Shown: positions 11,685-24,990 of the stretch, piece by piece
How the letters are laid out: every line of letters starts with the position of its first letter
How positions within the stretch are numbered: position 1 is the stretch's first letter
Source: the human T2T-CHM13v2.0 reference genome, Homo sapiens
Length of the DNA: 64,000 nucleotides
Strand: one strand, 5' to 3'
NCBI RefSeq assembly: GCF_009914755.1
Contig: NC_060925.1
Notes under the pieces: model-generated
Seen by the model: the letters and a program-made list of their open reading frames with translations, nothing else
The model's database searches: none
Told to the model about the DNA's origin: nothing
Made by a program: the position numbers and the translations under genes

Positions 11685-13529
11685 TAGATATCTTTTAAAC
11701 AAAAATATTGAACACAATCTCCTACACAGGGACTGTGGGAATAAGTGAAACACAAAAACACTAGTTCATTTTCCTGATGACTTCCTTCAAAGGTGTCAGA
11801 TCATAAAGAGTCATAGTGGCCCTGATGCCCTGAAAACGTGGTCCAGTGGCCAGAAGGTCTGAACACTTGCCTAGATTGCTTTGTGGAAGATGTCCTTGTT
11901 TGCTTGAAAAGATCAGGTGGGACCTTTCTTGGTGTATCTAATGAAGCCTTCTCTTGAAATTCTAAGAGCCAAAGATTTAGGTTTTGGGAGGCCACTTTGA
12001 ATACACACATACACATTCAAAAATAGGACACAGAAGTATTGTTTTTAAAATTATTCTGGCTAATCTATTCGACATTGCAAGAAAAAAAATCTTTGGAAAA
12101 ATAGAAAAGCACACCAGTACTGGACTGTCAAAATGAAAGCCACATCAGGGAGGGCCCATGTGCAAAGAGCCCTGTGCCGCTTAAAGCTTGGGGCCATACA
12201 CTTGCCTCTTTTCAGAAGCTTTTTAGTGTGATAAAAATAGAGCCTAGAAGATTAAATAAAGAACAGAGTTCATGGATTCATCATATACTTTAAATCTTGT
12301 GTTTTAAAATGAAGCTGGTTATGAAGGGATGACTTACAGGGTTATTCCACAAGGGAATTCCAATAGAACTGTTTCGTGAGACTAAATGATTATTAGGCTC
12401 CTACCCCTGAAAGTTGTATTTTAAAAGATCAGAGGTTTAATCATTATAATCCTGATGCCTTCAATAAAAGCATATTTAAATTAAGGTGCCTCATTCAGAA
12501 AGCTATTAACAAGGGTGTTTCAGTATACTCATAAACGTTTTACTTTAAGGGTGAAAGTTTAGAACATGAGTTTGAAGGATATGGTGGGAAGTAACGAACT
12601 TCCTCCTGGATCACATATCCACTAAAAAGTATCTTTTACACTTAAGAACACCGCTTCTAATGCTTATCATATAGGAACTAGAAGACGTAATATAAAAGAC
12701 TCTAGTACATAATTTACTATCTAATAAAAATATAGTACTAATTCTGAAACAGATAAAAATGAAGATAAAACAATTATCCTTTCATTTACATATTGCTTAT
12801 TTTTTAGTCATATGAGAAAATTAAACATGAGGACAGTGGGAAAACATTGTACTTTAAACTATTAATTTAAAAGGGCTCTTCTGGAGTTTAATGAAAATAT
12901 ATTTGCTCACTGTAATTTAAATATTTTGATAAATGTTATCCTCCATAAGATAACCTTCATGTAAATTGGCCTTCCAGGATTTAAAGCATAGAAACATAGT
13001 TTTTTGGTTTTTTTATAAATGCTTTAGTTTGTCTGTTTATTTGTTCTTATTGAGGGTTTTCCATATTTAATAAGGTCTTGGCACATATTTGTATTTCACT
13101 CCCAAGACCACAAAATTTAATCTTATCCATGAAGCATCTTCAGTTTGAGAGTTGATCTCCCAGAGCATTTCTTGCCTAACACTTGGTATATGATGTTACT
13201 CTCTCTTGTACTGTGGTTTAAAGCTAGTAGATAGTGGAGTTCGGGATCTAAGTCTCAGTGTAGTGGACATTATAGGCTGTACTCAACTGCTTCTCATTCT
13301 TTTCCCCTTATGTGCAATTCTCATCTCTGCAATATTATAAAACAGAACACTCCCTGTGACAAGGACCATCCTGTTTCTGTATATTCCATAGACCATGAGG
13401 TTATGCTGGACATAAAGAAAGCACTCAGGAGCTACTAAGTGCTCAGGTGAACTGAATTAAGTCGTTCTATGGGCCAGAGGAAGCCATCCCTGAAAAAAAT
13501 CACCAGTAAGCCATAGTGTATGCAACTTT

Positions 13530-13670
13530 GTGTATGTGTGTGTGTGTATATTTAAATATATACATAAATACATATATACACACACATACATACACACATA
13601 TATACAAATACATATATACACAAACATGTATACACATACATATATACATATACATATATATATAGCTATA
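13530..13670. repeat. Compound (TG)/(TA)/(CA) low-complexity microsatellite
   Basis: Alternating purine-pyrimidine tract seen directly. Confidence 0.9.
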
Positions 13671-13821
13671 TATTATACTAGCTTTTTGGGGAAGTAGAAA
13701 ATTAAATATTCTGTCTAATTTCATCTGAACCTCATCTCTATGAGGTATGGAGGAAAGCATTACATTATTCCCATTTAGTAGACATGGAAAATGGAAATCA
13801 AGACTAAATTATTTCCATTTA

Positions 13822-14143
<322 letters not shown>

Positions 14144-14406
14144 TCAGGCAATTTTATGAATAAATAAAATTTATTTATTGGTTTTGAGGTAATCAAAATT
14201 AGTCGTGGTCTACAAACTGGTCTCCAATACTCCTCATACTCAGTTCAGTATCTTATCCCCGTGACTACATTGCAACTTTTCACAAGTGAAAGATTTTCAT
14301 ATATTTAAGCCCTAAGTGAAGAAAAATGAGAAGTTGGACAAGAAAATTAATTTCAACGTATTCACCAGATAATCTGCATGTCTGTTACTTTTCTAAAGGG
14401 TCTTAC

Positions 14407-14761
14407 CTTCACTGTGAAAGCATGCACGGTAGGGCTGTTAAATGTAGGATCGTCGGGTCTCTCCTGGTAGACCACACGGTAATGGGAGATAATGCCATTG
14501 GGAGATTCTGGCTTTGTCCAATTCAACAGAACTGAATGAGCACTCGTGGCTTGAGCCCAAGGAGCTGGAAAATCTTGAGGTGGAGCTTCCAGAGTTTGTG
14601 TTAATGACCACAGACTCTCCACTGAACCCTTGGAGTTACAGGCTCTGACCCGATATTCGTAGAGTGTGAAAGGCCTCAGGGTGTCTCCTTCATCCATAAA
14701 TTCAAGGGCTCCTTCTGACCAGACAAATAAAACAGACTCCTCTTCAATGCCAGCAGGGCGT
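14407..14761 (-). CDS. USH2A: Usherin coding exon (exon 61, 355 nt, phase 2-0)
   Basis: TTTCCTTTCAG|ACGCCCTG...GTGAAG|GTAAGA; RPAGIEEESVLFVWSEGALEFMDEGDTLRPFTLYEYRVRACNSKGSVESLW...PESPNGIISHYRVVYQERPDDPTFNSPTVHAFTVK. The TGG codon at 14610-14608 corresponds to the recalled recurrent p.Trp3955Ter site and is intact here. Confidence 0.97.
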
Positions 14762-14960
14762 CTGAAAGGAAACCAAGCAGGCAACCAGTGACAGCTGCAC
14801 ACTTCAAAACAAAGTTTGTAGATGGAGTAAAAACATTTTTTTTAGAATTTGTTATCAACTTAACTTTTCAGCTGTTTCTTCCTGGTGTCATAGTAAAGAA
14901 AAACCAGATGGAGAAGTACTCCAGTGGCCTAACTCCATATCATTTTTAAAGTGTAGTTGA

Positions 14961-14987
14961 CACACACACACACACACACACACACAC
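14961..14987. repeat. (CA)n microsatellite
   Basis: About 13 CA units, 200 bp upstream of the exon 61 acceptor. Confidence 0.9.
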
Positions 14988-15349
14988 GTATTTGACTGAT
15001 TATAAAAGAGTGCATATGCTTTGTATAAAACATGGAAAACACAGAAGAAATATAAAAAGCACAAAAGGTGAAACCTCATCCAAAATCACATTTTATTATC
15101 TTCCAGATGTTTTTGCTGAATAACAAGATACATATGCAATACAAGAAAACAAACATATTTAAAATCTTTTAAAAATACAGAAGCATATATTAAACATTAT
15201 TAATGCATTTTTATATATTTTCCAGATCTGTGTGTATGTGTCTGTGTGTGTGTGCATGTATGCATGCAGTTATATCGAGGTTTTATTTTTTGTACAACTG
15301 GAACCACAGGATATGGAATTAGTAGAAGCTATTATTGGGAATCCTTACC

Positions 15350-15625
15350 CTTCTATGATAAATGGATTGCAGCTAGGGTCCCAATGTGTTTGTCTTCCTG
15401 TATCCAGGCCTTTTGCGAGTATGCTCGTAAACTCACTCTGAGCTTGGCTATATGACTTTTTTGGCTCATGGGACAGTAGCAAATATGATGATTGCAGAGA
15501 CTTCAAAAGTGTTTGCACATTGAGGATGATCCTTTTGCTGCTCTTAGGACCATAAAATTACTGTGTGAAAAAGCCCAGGTTGGCATACTGGATGATGAAG
15601 AACTATGAAGAGAAGTCCACAGTTC
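15350..15625 (+). mobile_element. MLT1-family (MaLR) LTR fragment
   Basis: 'gcagagacttcaaaagtgtttgcacattg' and 'tgtgaaaaagcccaggttggcatactggatgatga' resemble MLT1F/G/H. Confidence 0.55.
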
Positions 15626-16010
15626 CTATTTTCTCTCATGCAGCACAATGCTCTTTTGCAATTGTTCCCAGGATGTTTACAAAGTATTTTAAATTCACTT
15701 CTTAGATGCCACTTAATTTCTCTTCATTTGAATTTTCTCTTCTATAATTTAAACCATAACCTCTCAAAGTATGGACAATCTTTTCTTATACATCAAGACC
15801 ACTGTTTTTTCTACATTTATTGTACTTATACATCAACAACTTTATTAAGCACTGTTATATGCCCATCATTGTATTAGAAACAAGGGTAAAAAGATGAACA
15901 CACCCCTTACCTAAAGGAATAGGTAGCTGAGTAGAGAAGATGGAGCTATGTGCAGATTAATGAAAATAACATGATAAGTAATATAATAGGAATTTGTTTT
16001 AGAGTTTTTT

Positions 16011-16302
16011 TGTTTTATTTATTTATTTTGAGACTGGGTCTCACTCTGTCACTCAGGCTGGAGTGCATTGATGCAATCATGGCTAACTGCAGCCTCAAAC
16101 TCCTGGACTCAAGAAATCCTCCTGCCTCAGTCTCCTGAGTAGCTAGGACTACAGATGTGTGCTACTAGGCCTGGCTAACTTTTAAAATTTTTTTGTAGAG
16201 ATGAGGTCTTGCCATGTTGCCCAGGCTGGTCTTCCCCAAGCAAGCCTCTGGCCTTGGCCTTCCAAAGTGCTGGGATTACAGGCATGAGCCACCATGTCTG
16301 GC
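16011..16302 (-). mobile_element. AluJ
   Basis: 'gcagcctcaaactcctggactcaagaaatcctcc', 'gtcttgccatgttgcccaggctgg'; degenerate TSD ttgttttagagttttt / ttgctttagagattttt. Confidence 0.88.
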
Positions 16303-18873
16303 TTGCTTTAGAGATTTTTAAAGGACAAAAGTCAAATTCCTTTTAGATGTCTTCCCCAAAACCTGGTAAAATGCAGAGTATGACCCCAAAATTCTTTCAA
16401 CTGTCTGAGGATGGAATTGTTTAGGCTCATCTTTAGATTTTGTTGATAGGGAAACTAGGGCCAAATGCATACTCTTTTGGTACTAAATATATATAGCATT
16501 AAATATAGAAGTAAGAGAAATGGAATGGTCAGTTGTTGAGACGGCCCTATATATCTGATACTTCATTTGGAACAGTTCTTTTCTCATCCAGATGTAAAAA
16601 CATGATGCAGGTTTGATGGAAAGCAAAGTTCTGGAGGAACTGTGGTTGGCATATCTCTATATTCCCAGCATCTGAGCCCAGTAAGTGTTCAATCATGTTT
16701 TTCAAGTGAAAGGCTAAAAGTTATGGAATCCCATTACTTCCCTGCATCTTTGCCTCTTCTCCATCAGCTCTTATTTCCTATCAGGGCAGTATTCCAGGTT
16801 GGGAGAGAATGTAACCAAGACATTGACCCTCCTCTTTCAGCTCTCTCTCTAGTTGAGAAGAGAGTGATGAATACATTAATATTTTCCAGGCTGTTAGAAG
16901 TATTTAATTAACACACTCTTCAGATGCTGAAAAATTCACATGCTGTCATATCAGATTAACCAGCTCCATCAAAATGTAAAGGGTTATTAAGACAAAGTGA
17001 ATGACAGTTACCTTTCACAAAAAGGCAGAATATGTAAAATCTTTGGCTTTGGGAATCTGATGATCCTTAAGTTGATAAATCACGATGACCTAAGTATGAG
17101 CAATGACAAGCTTCATGCTGGAAGCTATAGAGGCTTCATAGACACCTCTCAGTCACCTGCAATTATGGTTCGGCAGCCCACCTCATTATTGCTCACTACC
17201 ATGCGTGAACCAGATTCTGCACTCAGTGAAGGTTTGCAGGGTTTGGCCTTTGTACTTGCTACAGATATCAGGTACCAGGTGTGTCATTGGGAGAGATCCA
17301 TTCTAATGAGAACTGCAGGGCTCATAGCCAAGGACTCTTCTCAGTGATTTTTAAAAAGTTGTTTGCTAGGAACACAATACAGCAAACAAACCTATGATGG
17401 TCTATGGGGAAGTAACATTTTCTATTTTGTCTAGCTTCAGCCTTTCCATGACAATTCAATTAATTTTTATTAAACTCTCACGAATTCCCAAATTGAGATG
17501 TAGTCATGGTTTCTATAAAGCCGACATTCTTAACAAAATTTGCCTAAAAGTGGGGTTTTAAATACATATACTATTTAAAAGATTGAGTATTATGTTGGCC
17601 TCAAGTTTATTCACCAAAAGAATTAAAAGGTGCAGCCTGGTTAAGTATTTCTTATCGCTATTGAATCCTTGAAAAATTAATATCGTGGAGAAGTAAATGT
17701 CCCATCTGCACTGCTAAAAAACAGAGTCTCTCTTTATGTCTGAATACATTTAGAGCAGAAGTGGTTGAGTAGACCACAATTATTCCTAATTATTTAAGAT
17801 TTAAGCATCACCTGTTCATTTAACTGGAAGTGTTTCCTCCTGAGTAGCCTGTGTTTAGAGAAATCACATTTTCAGTTCTCTCTGAATAGCCAAATGGTTA
17901 TTCTTTGCTCAAGCTCATTTGGGAGATACTTCAGGAATGTAATTTTCCAACTAGAGTTAATTTAATGTTGCCTAACACTAAGAGGAAAACAAAAATAAGT
18001 ATAAAAACTAGGAACCATATATTTTTAAAGGCAGTCACACTTCTGTGGTCTCAATGTACAATGCTTTTAGGAGCTCCTTACTCCTTCTCTCCCCTCCAGC
18101 AATTGTCACTGCTTATTTTCAAAAGCAATTAAAACAAAATCCTAGAACCCAATGCACCATAACAATTTTGAGGTTATGAAACTGCCAACCCCATTCCATG
18201 AAGAATATTACAAATATTCTGAGTTTAAATAGATAATCAGAAACATCTGTAGTCAGAGGAGATAGGTTGGAGGTCCTGGCTCTGCCACTTAGTTCAATGA
18301 CCTTGGGTGAACTTGCCTGTCTGTGTCCTCTAGTTTCTATTTCATTTTGTAAAGTGGAGTTAATAACCTCATAGAGTATAACAAACCTCTGAAAATTCTT
18401 ATAAAAATTAAAACATAAAAATCATTGGGTAAAATGTAATGCATGATCTGAATGAAGTTATCATGGAGATGATGTGCATCTGGCATTGAACAAGGAGGTC
18501 ATCTCAACAGTTTACGTAAGAATAAATGCAGACCCTGAACTAGATTGCTGAGAGGACAAATGGAAACACAGGTGATTTACAAAATGATTTGTGAAGGTTG
18601 AATCGTCAAGTTTTTGGTGTGAGTAGAGACTTGGCTGTTGAGGGAAGAGACATCACAAACCTTTCAAAAATTTTAAGACAGTCCTTTTAAAAATTCTTTA
18701 GAGATTTACCATGTAAAATGGCCTATGCTTATCCTTAATCTGCTGATTCTCAAAAGGACTCATCTTTCTGAAATTTCTAGTCCCATTTTATATTCTAGTT
18801 ATCATCAAATGCTTGACTATAGTTTCTTATATTCCATTATATTTCACGGTTCCATGGCTTTGGTATCTGCTAA

Positions 18874-19216
<343 letters not shown>

Positions 19217-19357
19217 TCTCCTTTTTTCTATAGACTAACTACAACTCGTCTTTTAAAATTCTAGCCCCATATCACTTTTTCCAGAAAGTCTTTTCCTTGC
19301 TTTTCTCTCAAATAAGAGTTATCATATCCTTCTATGTGCTACCTCTTTTTTCTAATT

Positions 19358-21452
19358 TGTATTAGGCTCCTTTTGCATTGCTACAAAAATACTTGAGGTA
19401 AGCTAATTTATACAGAATAGGGATTTAACTGGCTCACAGTCCTGCAGGGCGTACAGAAAGCATGATGCTGGCATCTGCTTATGAGAGACTCAGGAAGCTT
19501 ACAATTATGATGGAAGGTGAAGAAAGAGCAAGTGCATCACGTGCAGAGAGCAGGAGCAAGAGAGAGAGGTGGCGGGGGGGCGGGGGGCAGGTGGAGTCCT
19601 AGACATTTAAACAACCAGATCTCCCATCATGAACAAACTGAGCAAGAACACACTTATCACTAAGGGCATGGTGCTACACCATTCATAAGGGATCTGACCC
19701 CATTATGTAATCACCTCCCACTAGGCCCCATCTGCAACATTGGGAATCTGTTTTTAGCATGAGATTTAGAGAGGACAAACATACAAACTATATTATTCCA
19801 CCACTGGCCTCCCAAATCTCATCTCTTTCTCACATTTCAAAATGAAATCATGTCCTCCCAATAGTTCCCCGAAGTTTTAACTGATTACAGCATTAACTCA
19901 AAAGCCCCAAGTCTCAAGTACCAAGTCTAAAATCTCATCTGGAGACTCATCTCCTTTCACCTATAAGCCTATAAAATCAAAACAAGTTATTTACTTCCAA
20001 GATACAATGTGGATATAGGTATTGGGTAAACATTCTCATTGCAAAAGGGAGAAATTGGCTAAAAGAAAGGGCCTATAGGGCCCACACAAGTCTGAGACCT
20101 GGTAGGACAGACATTAAACCTTAAAGCTCCAAAATAGTCTCCATTAACTCCATGTCCCACTCCAGGGCACACTGCTGCAAGCACTGACTCCTAAGGCTTT
20201 GGGTAGCTTCAACCCTGTGGTTTTGCAGAGTGCAGACCCTGTGGCTGCTCTCATATATTGGAGTTGAATCCCTATGGCTTTTTTCAGGATACAAGCTGTC
20301 CATGGTTTCTGGGACCTAGAGAGAAGTGGCCCCCTTCCCACAGCTCCAACAGACAGCGCCCTGATGGAGACTCTGTATGGTGGCTCCAACACCACACTTG
20401 CCTTCTGCACTGCCCTAGTAGAGTTTCTCTGTAAGGGCTTCACCCCTGTGGCAGCCTTCTGCCTGGGCACCCAGGCTTTCTCATACATTCTCTGAAATCT
20501 AGGGGGAAGCTGCCAAGCCTCCTTCATGCTTGCATTCTGTGCATCTGCCAACTTAACACTACATGGTAGCTACCAAGGGTTTGGTGTACGCCCCCTGAAG
20601 CACCTACCTGTGATGTATCTGAGGCCCTTCGAGCTGCAGCTGCAGCAAGAGTAGTCAGGATGTGGGGAACAGTTCGCAAGCCTGCACAGGGCAGCAGGGC
20701 TCTGGGCCTGGCCCTCAAAACCATTCTTTCCTCCTAGGCCTCTGGGCTTGTGTTGAGAGGGGCTGCCTGTAAGATCTCTGAAATGCCTTCTAGGCCTTTT
20801 CCCTATTATCTTGGATATTAACACTTGGCTACCTTACAGTGATGCTAGTCTCTCTTGAAAGTGGTCACTCCACAGTCTGCTTGAATTCTCTCTCTACCAC
20901 AGGGCCAGGCTGCAAATTTTCTGAACTTTTGCTCTCTGCTTCCCTTTTACATAAAAGTTCCAACTTTGAGTCATTCCTTTGCTCCCATATCTGATTGTAG
21001 GCTGTTAGAAACAGCCAGGCAAAGTCTTGAATGCTGCTTTGTTGCTTTGAAATTTCTTCCACCAGTACCCTAGGTTTTTACTCTTAAGTTCTCACTTTCA
21101 CAAATCCCTGGGGCATGGATGTAATGGAACCTAGTTCTTTGCTAGGGCATAACAAGGGTGACCTTTACTCTAGTTCTCAATTATTTGCATCTCCAACTTC
21201 ATTAGTCTGGTCTTCACTGTTCATATTTCTATCAGCATTTTGGTGAGAACCATTTAACCAGTCTCTAAGAAGTTCCAAATTTTCCCTCACCTTCCTGTCT
21301 TCTTCTGAGCCCTCCCAACTCTTTCAACCTCTGCCCGTTACCCATTTCCAAAGTCACTTCCACATTTTCAGGTATCTTCATAGCAACACGCTACTCCTGG
21401 TGCCAGTTTTCTGTATTAGGCTGTTCTTGTGTTGCAATAAAGAAATACCTTG
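19358..21452 (-). mobile_element. MST (MSTA-like) MaLR provirus remnant: 3' LTR 19358-19795, internal region 19796-21411, truncated 5' LTR 21412-~21452
   Basis: LTR start 'tgtattaggc' repeated at 19358 and 21412; MST-int sequence with broken minus-strand ORFs ('QRMYEKAWVPRQKAATG', 'EEISKQQSSIQ'). Confidence 0.88.
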
Positions 21453-21559
21453 GGAGCAAGTGATTGCAGCATGCAATTTTTCCGACATTTGGAAAACCAA
21501 CTTAATTTCATGTTTCCTCCTCCATACAACTGCACCAGTGGCAGGTACCCCTCTTCAAC

Positions 21560-21822
21560 TGTCTGAGTCCCAGCTTCACAGGCACCCTCCTCTATGCATT
21601 TACATTTTAATAATTCTAACAACTCCCCTTTGTTCCCTCAGTTCTAAAGGTGCTAGCTGTTTCCTGTAGTTGCCACCTCCATGATATCTTAGAGTTCTCT
21701 TTTTATGCTTTTAGTTACCTAGTTAACAAATTTATAACTACTTACTAATTATTTATATTAAATTCCTTCTGTTAAAGTAAGTAGTGTGGTTCCTCTTTCT
21801 TGATCAGACTTTGATTATTACA
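21560..21822 (+). mobile_element. Old ERVL-type LTR fragment (LTR33-like)
   Basis: 3' LTR-like end 'attaaattccttctgttaaagtaagtagtgtggttcctctttcttgatcagactttgattattaca'. Confidence 0.5.
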
Positions 21823-22269
21823 GAAAGTGATGGTGATATTCACACAAAGAAGGAAATAGGAAAATCGGAGACAGTGATGATAGATTTGCATCTGGGCTCA
21901 CAAATTTATTATTTTGTCTTTACTAGACCATATGATGTATTGACTATAAAAATTAATAAGAAAACACAGATGAACAAAAGCAGAAGTATTTAAAAGAATC
22001 ACTGATAGCCTAATATTTGGAGATAAGCACTGCTAGCACTATTTTGGTGTTTAACATTCCAGACATTTTTTTATATACATATATATGTAAAAAATATACT
22101 ATATATTTAAAGGAAAACAGAATCCTACCAGGCATACTGTTATGCAAGCTGCTACTTTTATAACCATGAACCTCTTTCATTGACTTTAAATGTACATCTA
22201 TAACTGCCAGATGGATTTGTCTTTCTAAAACATGGCTTTGGACAACATATCTAGGATAACTTTCTATTT

Positions 22270-22500
22270 TTATCATGCTTCACATTTAACAGTAATTCCA
22301 CACATATTATTTAATTCTTACAGAATTCCAAGAGGCTAATTATCTTTTATATTTACTATCTTCACTTCATGTAAAAATGGAAAATTAGGGAACACAGTGA
22401 CTTGCCTAAGGTCATATAACTAGTAAGTGTTAGAGCCAGGCCCTGGAAGCCATATCTTCTGACTACAAATGCCACACTCTTTCCACTTTATTACATTGCT
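22270..22500 (-). mobile_element. MIR relic
   Basis: 'gtgacttgcctaaggtcatataactagtaagtgttagagccagg'. Confidence 0.7.
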
Positions 22501-22744
22501 TCTCTATTTACCCCCTAAACCTTCAGCAGCTCACATTGCCTCTGAATATAAAGCCTAAACTCCTTAGATCTAAAATCTATCATTAAGCTGATCTTCTAAA
22601 TGTCCCCTACTAATAGCAATGACTCCAGATAAACCTGACCATTCCTTGAATCCTATGCTTATGTGTTGGAAATTTTGCTTATTCTATTGATTTTATTCAC
22701 TTATCATGTCTTCACCATCAGGCTGTACTTGTTAAAATCCCTAT

Positions 22745-23770
22745 TTACCACAAGTGAAACAGAATACAAAGTCCTAAAATGAACCCGATGCACATAGGAA
22801 TTTTGTATGAGTGACATTTCAAATCAGTGGATTATGAAATAATGTTGATAAACTAGTTAGCATTTTTTAAGAAAATGAATTCTTATCTAATTTCCAATAA
22901 CAATATTAATTCCATATTTAGAAATAAGGAGTAGAGCCATAAAAGTGCTGGAAGAAATAATTAATGTGTTATTTTTAATATGATCATGAAAGGGAGATTT
23001 TCTTTAATGTGGAAAGAATATAGACAATAAGAAATAATCCAGTAGAAAAAATTAGTCTAAGAATTTATAATATATTATACATACCCCTCCCAAATAGAAG
23101 ATAAATATTTTAAGTAAATGAACAATGTTACTTATAATCATCAAAACTTGAATTAAAACAACAAAAATGTGCAAATGAAAATATTGAGCTGACAGATTTG
23201 GAAGACTGACCCTGTATTAAAAGATTTCAGAATTAGAAATTCTTACATATGATATTTGGAAGACAACTTAGGAATCCTCAACAATTTTAAATGCATATGG
23301 TCTAGTAAAGACAAATCCTCAACAATTTTAATTGACCCAGTACTTCTAGTACTAAGAATAATTCTCTGTATACTTACCGTAAGAATATTTATTAGAGAAT
23401 TGCTGTGGTAACGAAAACTTGAAAATCACCTATCTTGCCATCATCAGGGTACTGGCTAAATAATATATGATACACATCCATATAACAGAATATTGATGAG
23501 TCATTAAAAGAAATTAGGTGTGTATATGTGTGTGGGCATATATATAAAATGCCCAAAGAAAATTGCAGAACAATATGGGCAATATAATTCTTTCATGAAG
23601 AAGAAAATACAAATAGAAAACATTAATGTTAATATATTAAAATTAATAGTGTTACTTCTATTAGTGAAAATTACATATGCCATGAGTAAATCATAAGAAT
23701 GAATAATAACCTTAGTAATCTTCTGTACTGTTAAAACATTTTTTCTAACAAATGTATTTCTCTTACAATT
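22745..23770 (+). mobile_element. Highly diverged L1M (L1ME-like) fragments
   Basis: A-rich, with L1 motifs 'gacatttcaaatcagtgg', 'ttgacccagtacttctagtacta', 'ggctaaataatatatgatacacatccata'. Confidence 0.55.
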
Positions 23771-24826
23771 TAAATAGTCATTAAATCTTTATTTTATAAG
23801 TCCTAGTCTCAATGACATCAACTTGATGAAGTGTTCCATGAATATTCTAGACACAGAATTATTCTCTAAATTTTCTGGTAAATATTTCTGTTTTTCCACT
23901 ATATATTTTACTCTTTTCTTTGTTTATTTAGCCTGTCTTATATCTCCCACTGTAGTGAAGATCATTGGTAAAAGGGCTTAGGTCTCTTAGATCTTTGTGT
24001 CTCTCTCAGTAGATATGTACATGTATGGATAGGTAGATGTCTGTCTGTCTGTCTTCTGTCTGTATCTATCTATATAAATATTCATATCTATATCCATCTT
24101 TCCACCCAATACAAATTGAATTACATCAAAATTCCTTTGCCTTTGATTCAATGCTCGTCTTTTCTTAGTTAATTCAATCAGCTTAATTATCCATTTTATA
24201 AAATGTTTTCACTTATCTGCTTTGAAAACCCTTTCATATCATACAGTCTTCAAAATTATTTCAGATTTTATCCTTTAAATCTTACTAAATACTCAGAAGG
24301 AAGTGCCATCATTTGTTTCTATTTTTACAGCGTTTACAGGGTGTTTGTATATAGTTTTGCCTCTCAGTGCACATTGATCAAATCTTTTTATTTATTTAAA
24401 GAGAAAGCTCATGAGAATAATAAACCCCATGAAATTTGGTTTCTATTAAAATTAAAGCACCTAGTGGGAGGAGATTATTTTATTACATGTTTTGTAAAGT
24501 CTCAATTTAATGTGTTTGATGGATTTTGTAGACGTAAGTGATGAGATTTTTGCCATTTGCAAGGTTGCAGATATAAAATAAAGGGGGAATACTGAAGAAT
24601 CATTATCATACCAGCCAAACTCATTGAGAGGAGGAAGCAGATGTCCAAGACAGTCTTGTCTATACTCAGTCAATAAACAGGTTGCAAAACACTAACTTAA
24701 ATGTTGGTCTCTATTCTTTACAAAACTTTTTGTAGCAAATCTTTTTTTGTGACTTATATATAGTCAACAAAATAGCTTAAACAGATAAACTAAGCAGAGG
24801 GAATCATATTAATAGTTTGTTCTTAC

Positions 24827-24990
24827 TAGGTTATTTTGTTTCGTTTTTGAAATTATAAACATTCTTCTATCTTTAATAGGGCAGATGCTTTTTAATAGGA
24901 TAATATTTAGGTTATTTTGCTTTGTTTTTGAAGTCATAAACATCTTCTGTCTTTATTAGGTCAGATATTTTTTAATAGGATAATATCTAG
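24827..24990. repeat. Diverged two-copy ~81-bp tandem duplication
   Basis: Units start 'taggttattttg' at 24827 and 24908; both end 'tttttaataggataatat'. Confidence 0.9.

Noticed and set aside
14362-14802. ORF-track boundaries of the USH2A-containing ORFs (also 44908-45168, 46028-46222, 53027-53215)
   Set aside because: They read into introns; true exon limits were set from AG/GT sites and frame continuity
20121-21062. Cluster of overlapping minus-strand ORFs
   Set aside because: Frameshifted remnants of the MST/MaLR internal region
24827-24990. Tandem repeats (also 28790-28870, 47568-47622) as CRISPR-like arrays
   Set aside because: Eukaryotic context, no unique spacers, no cas genes
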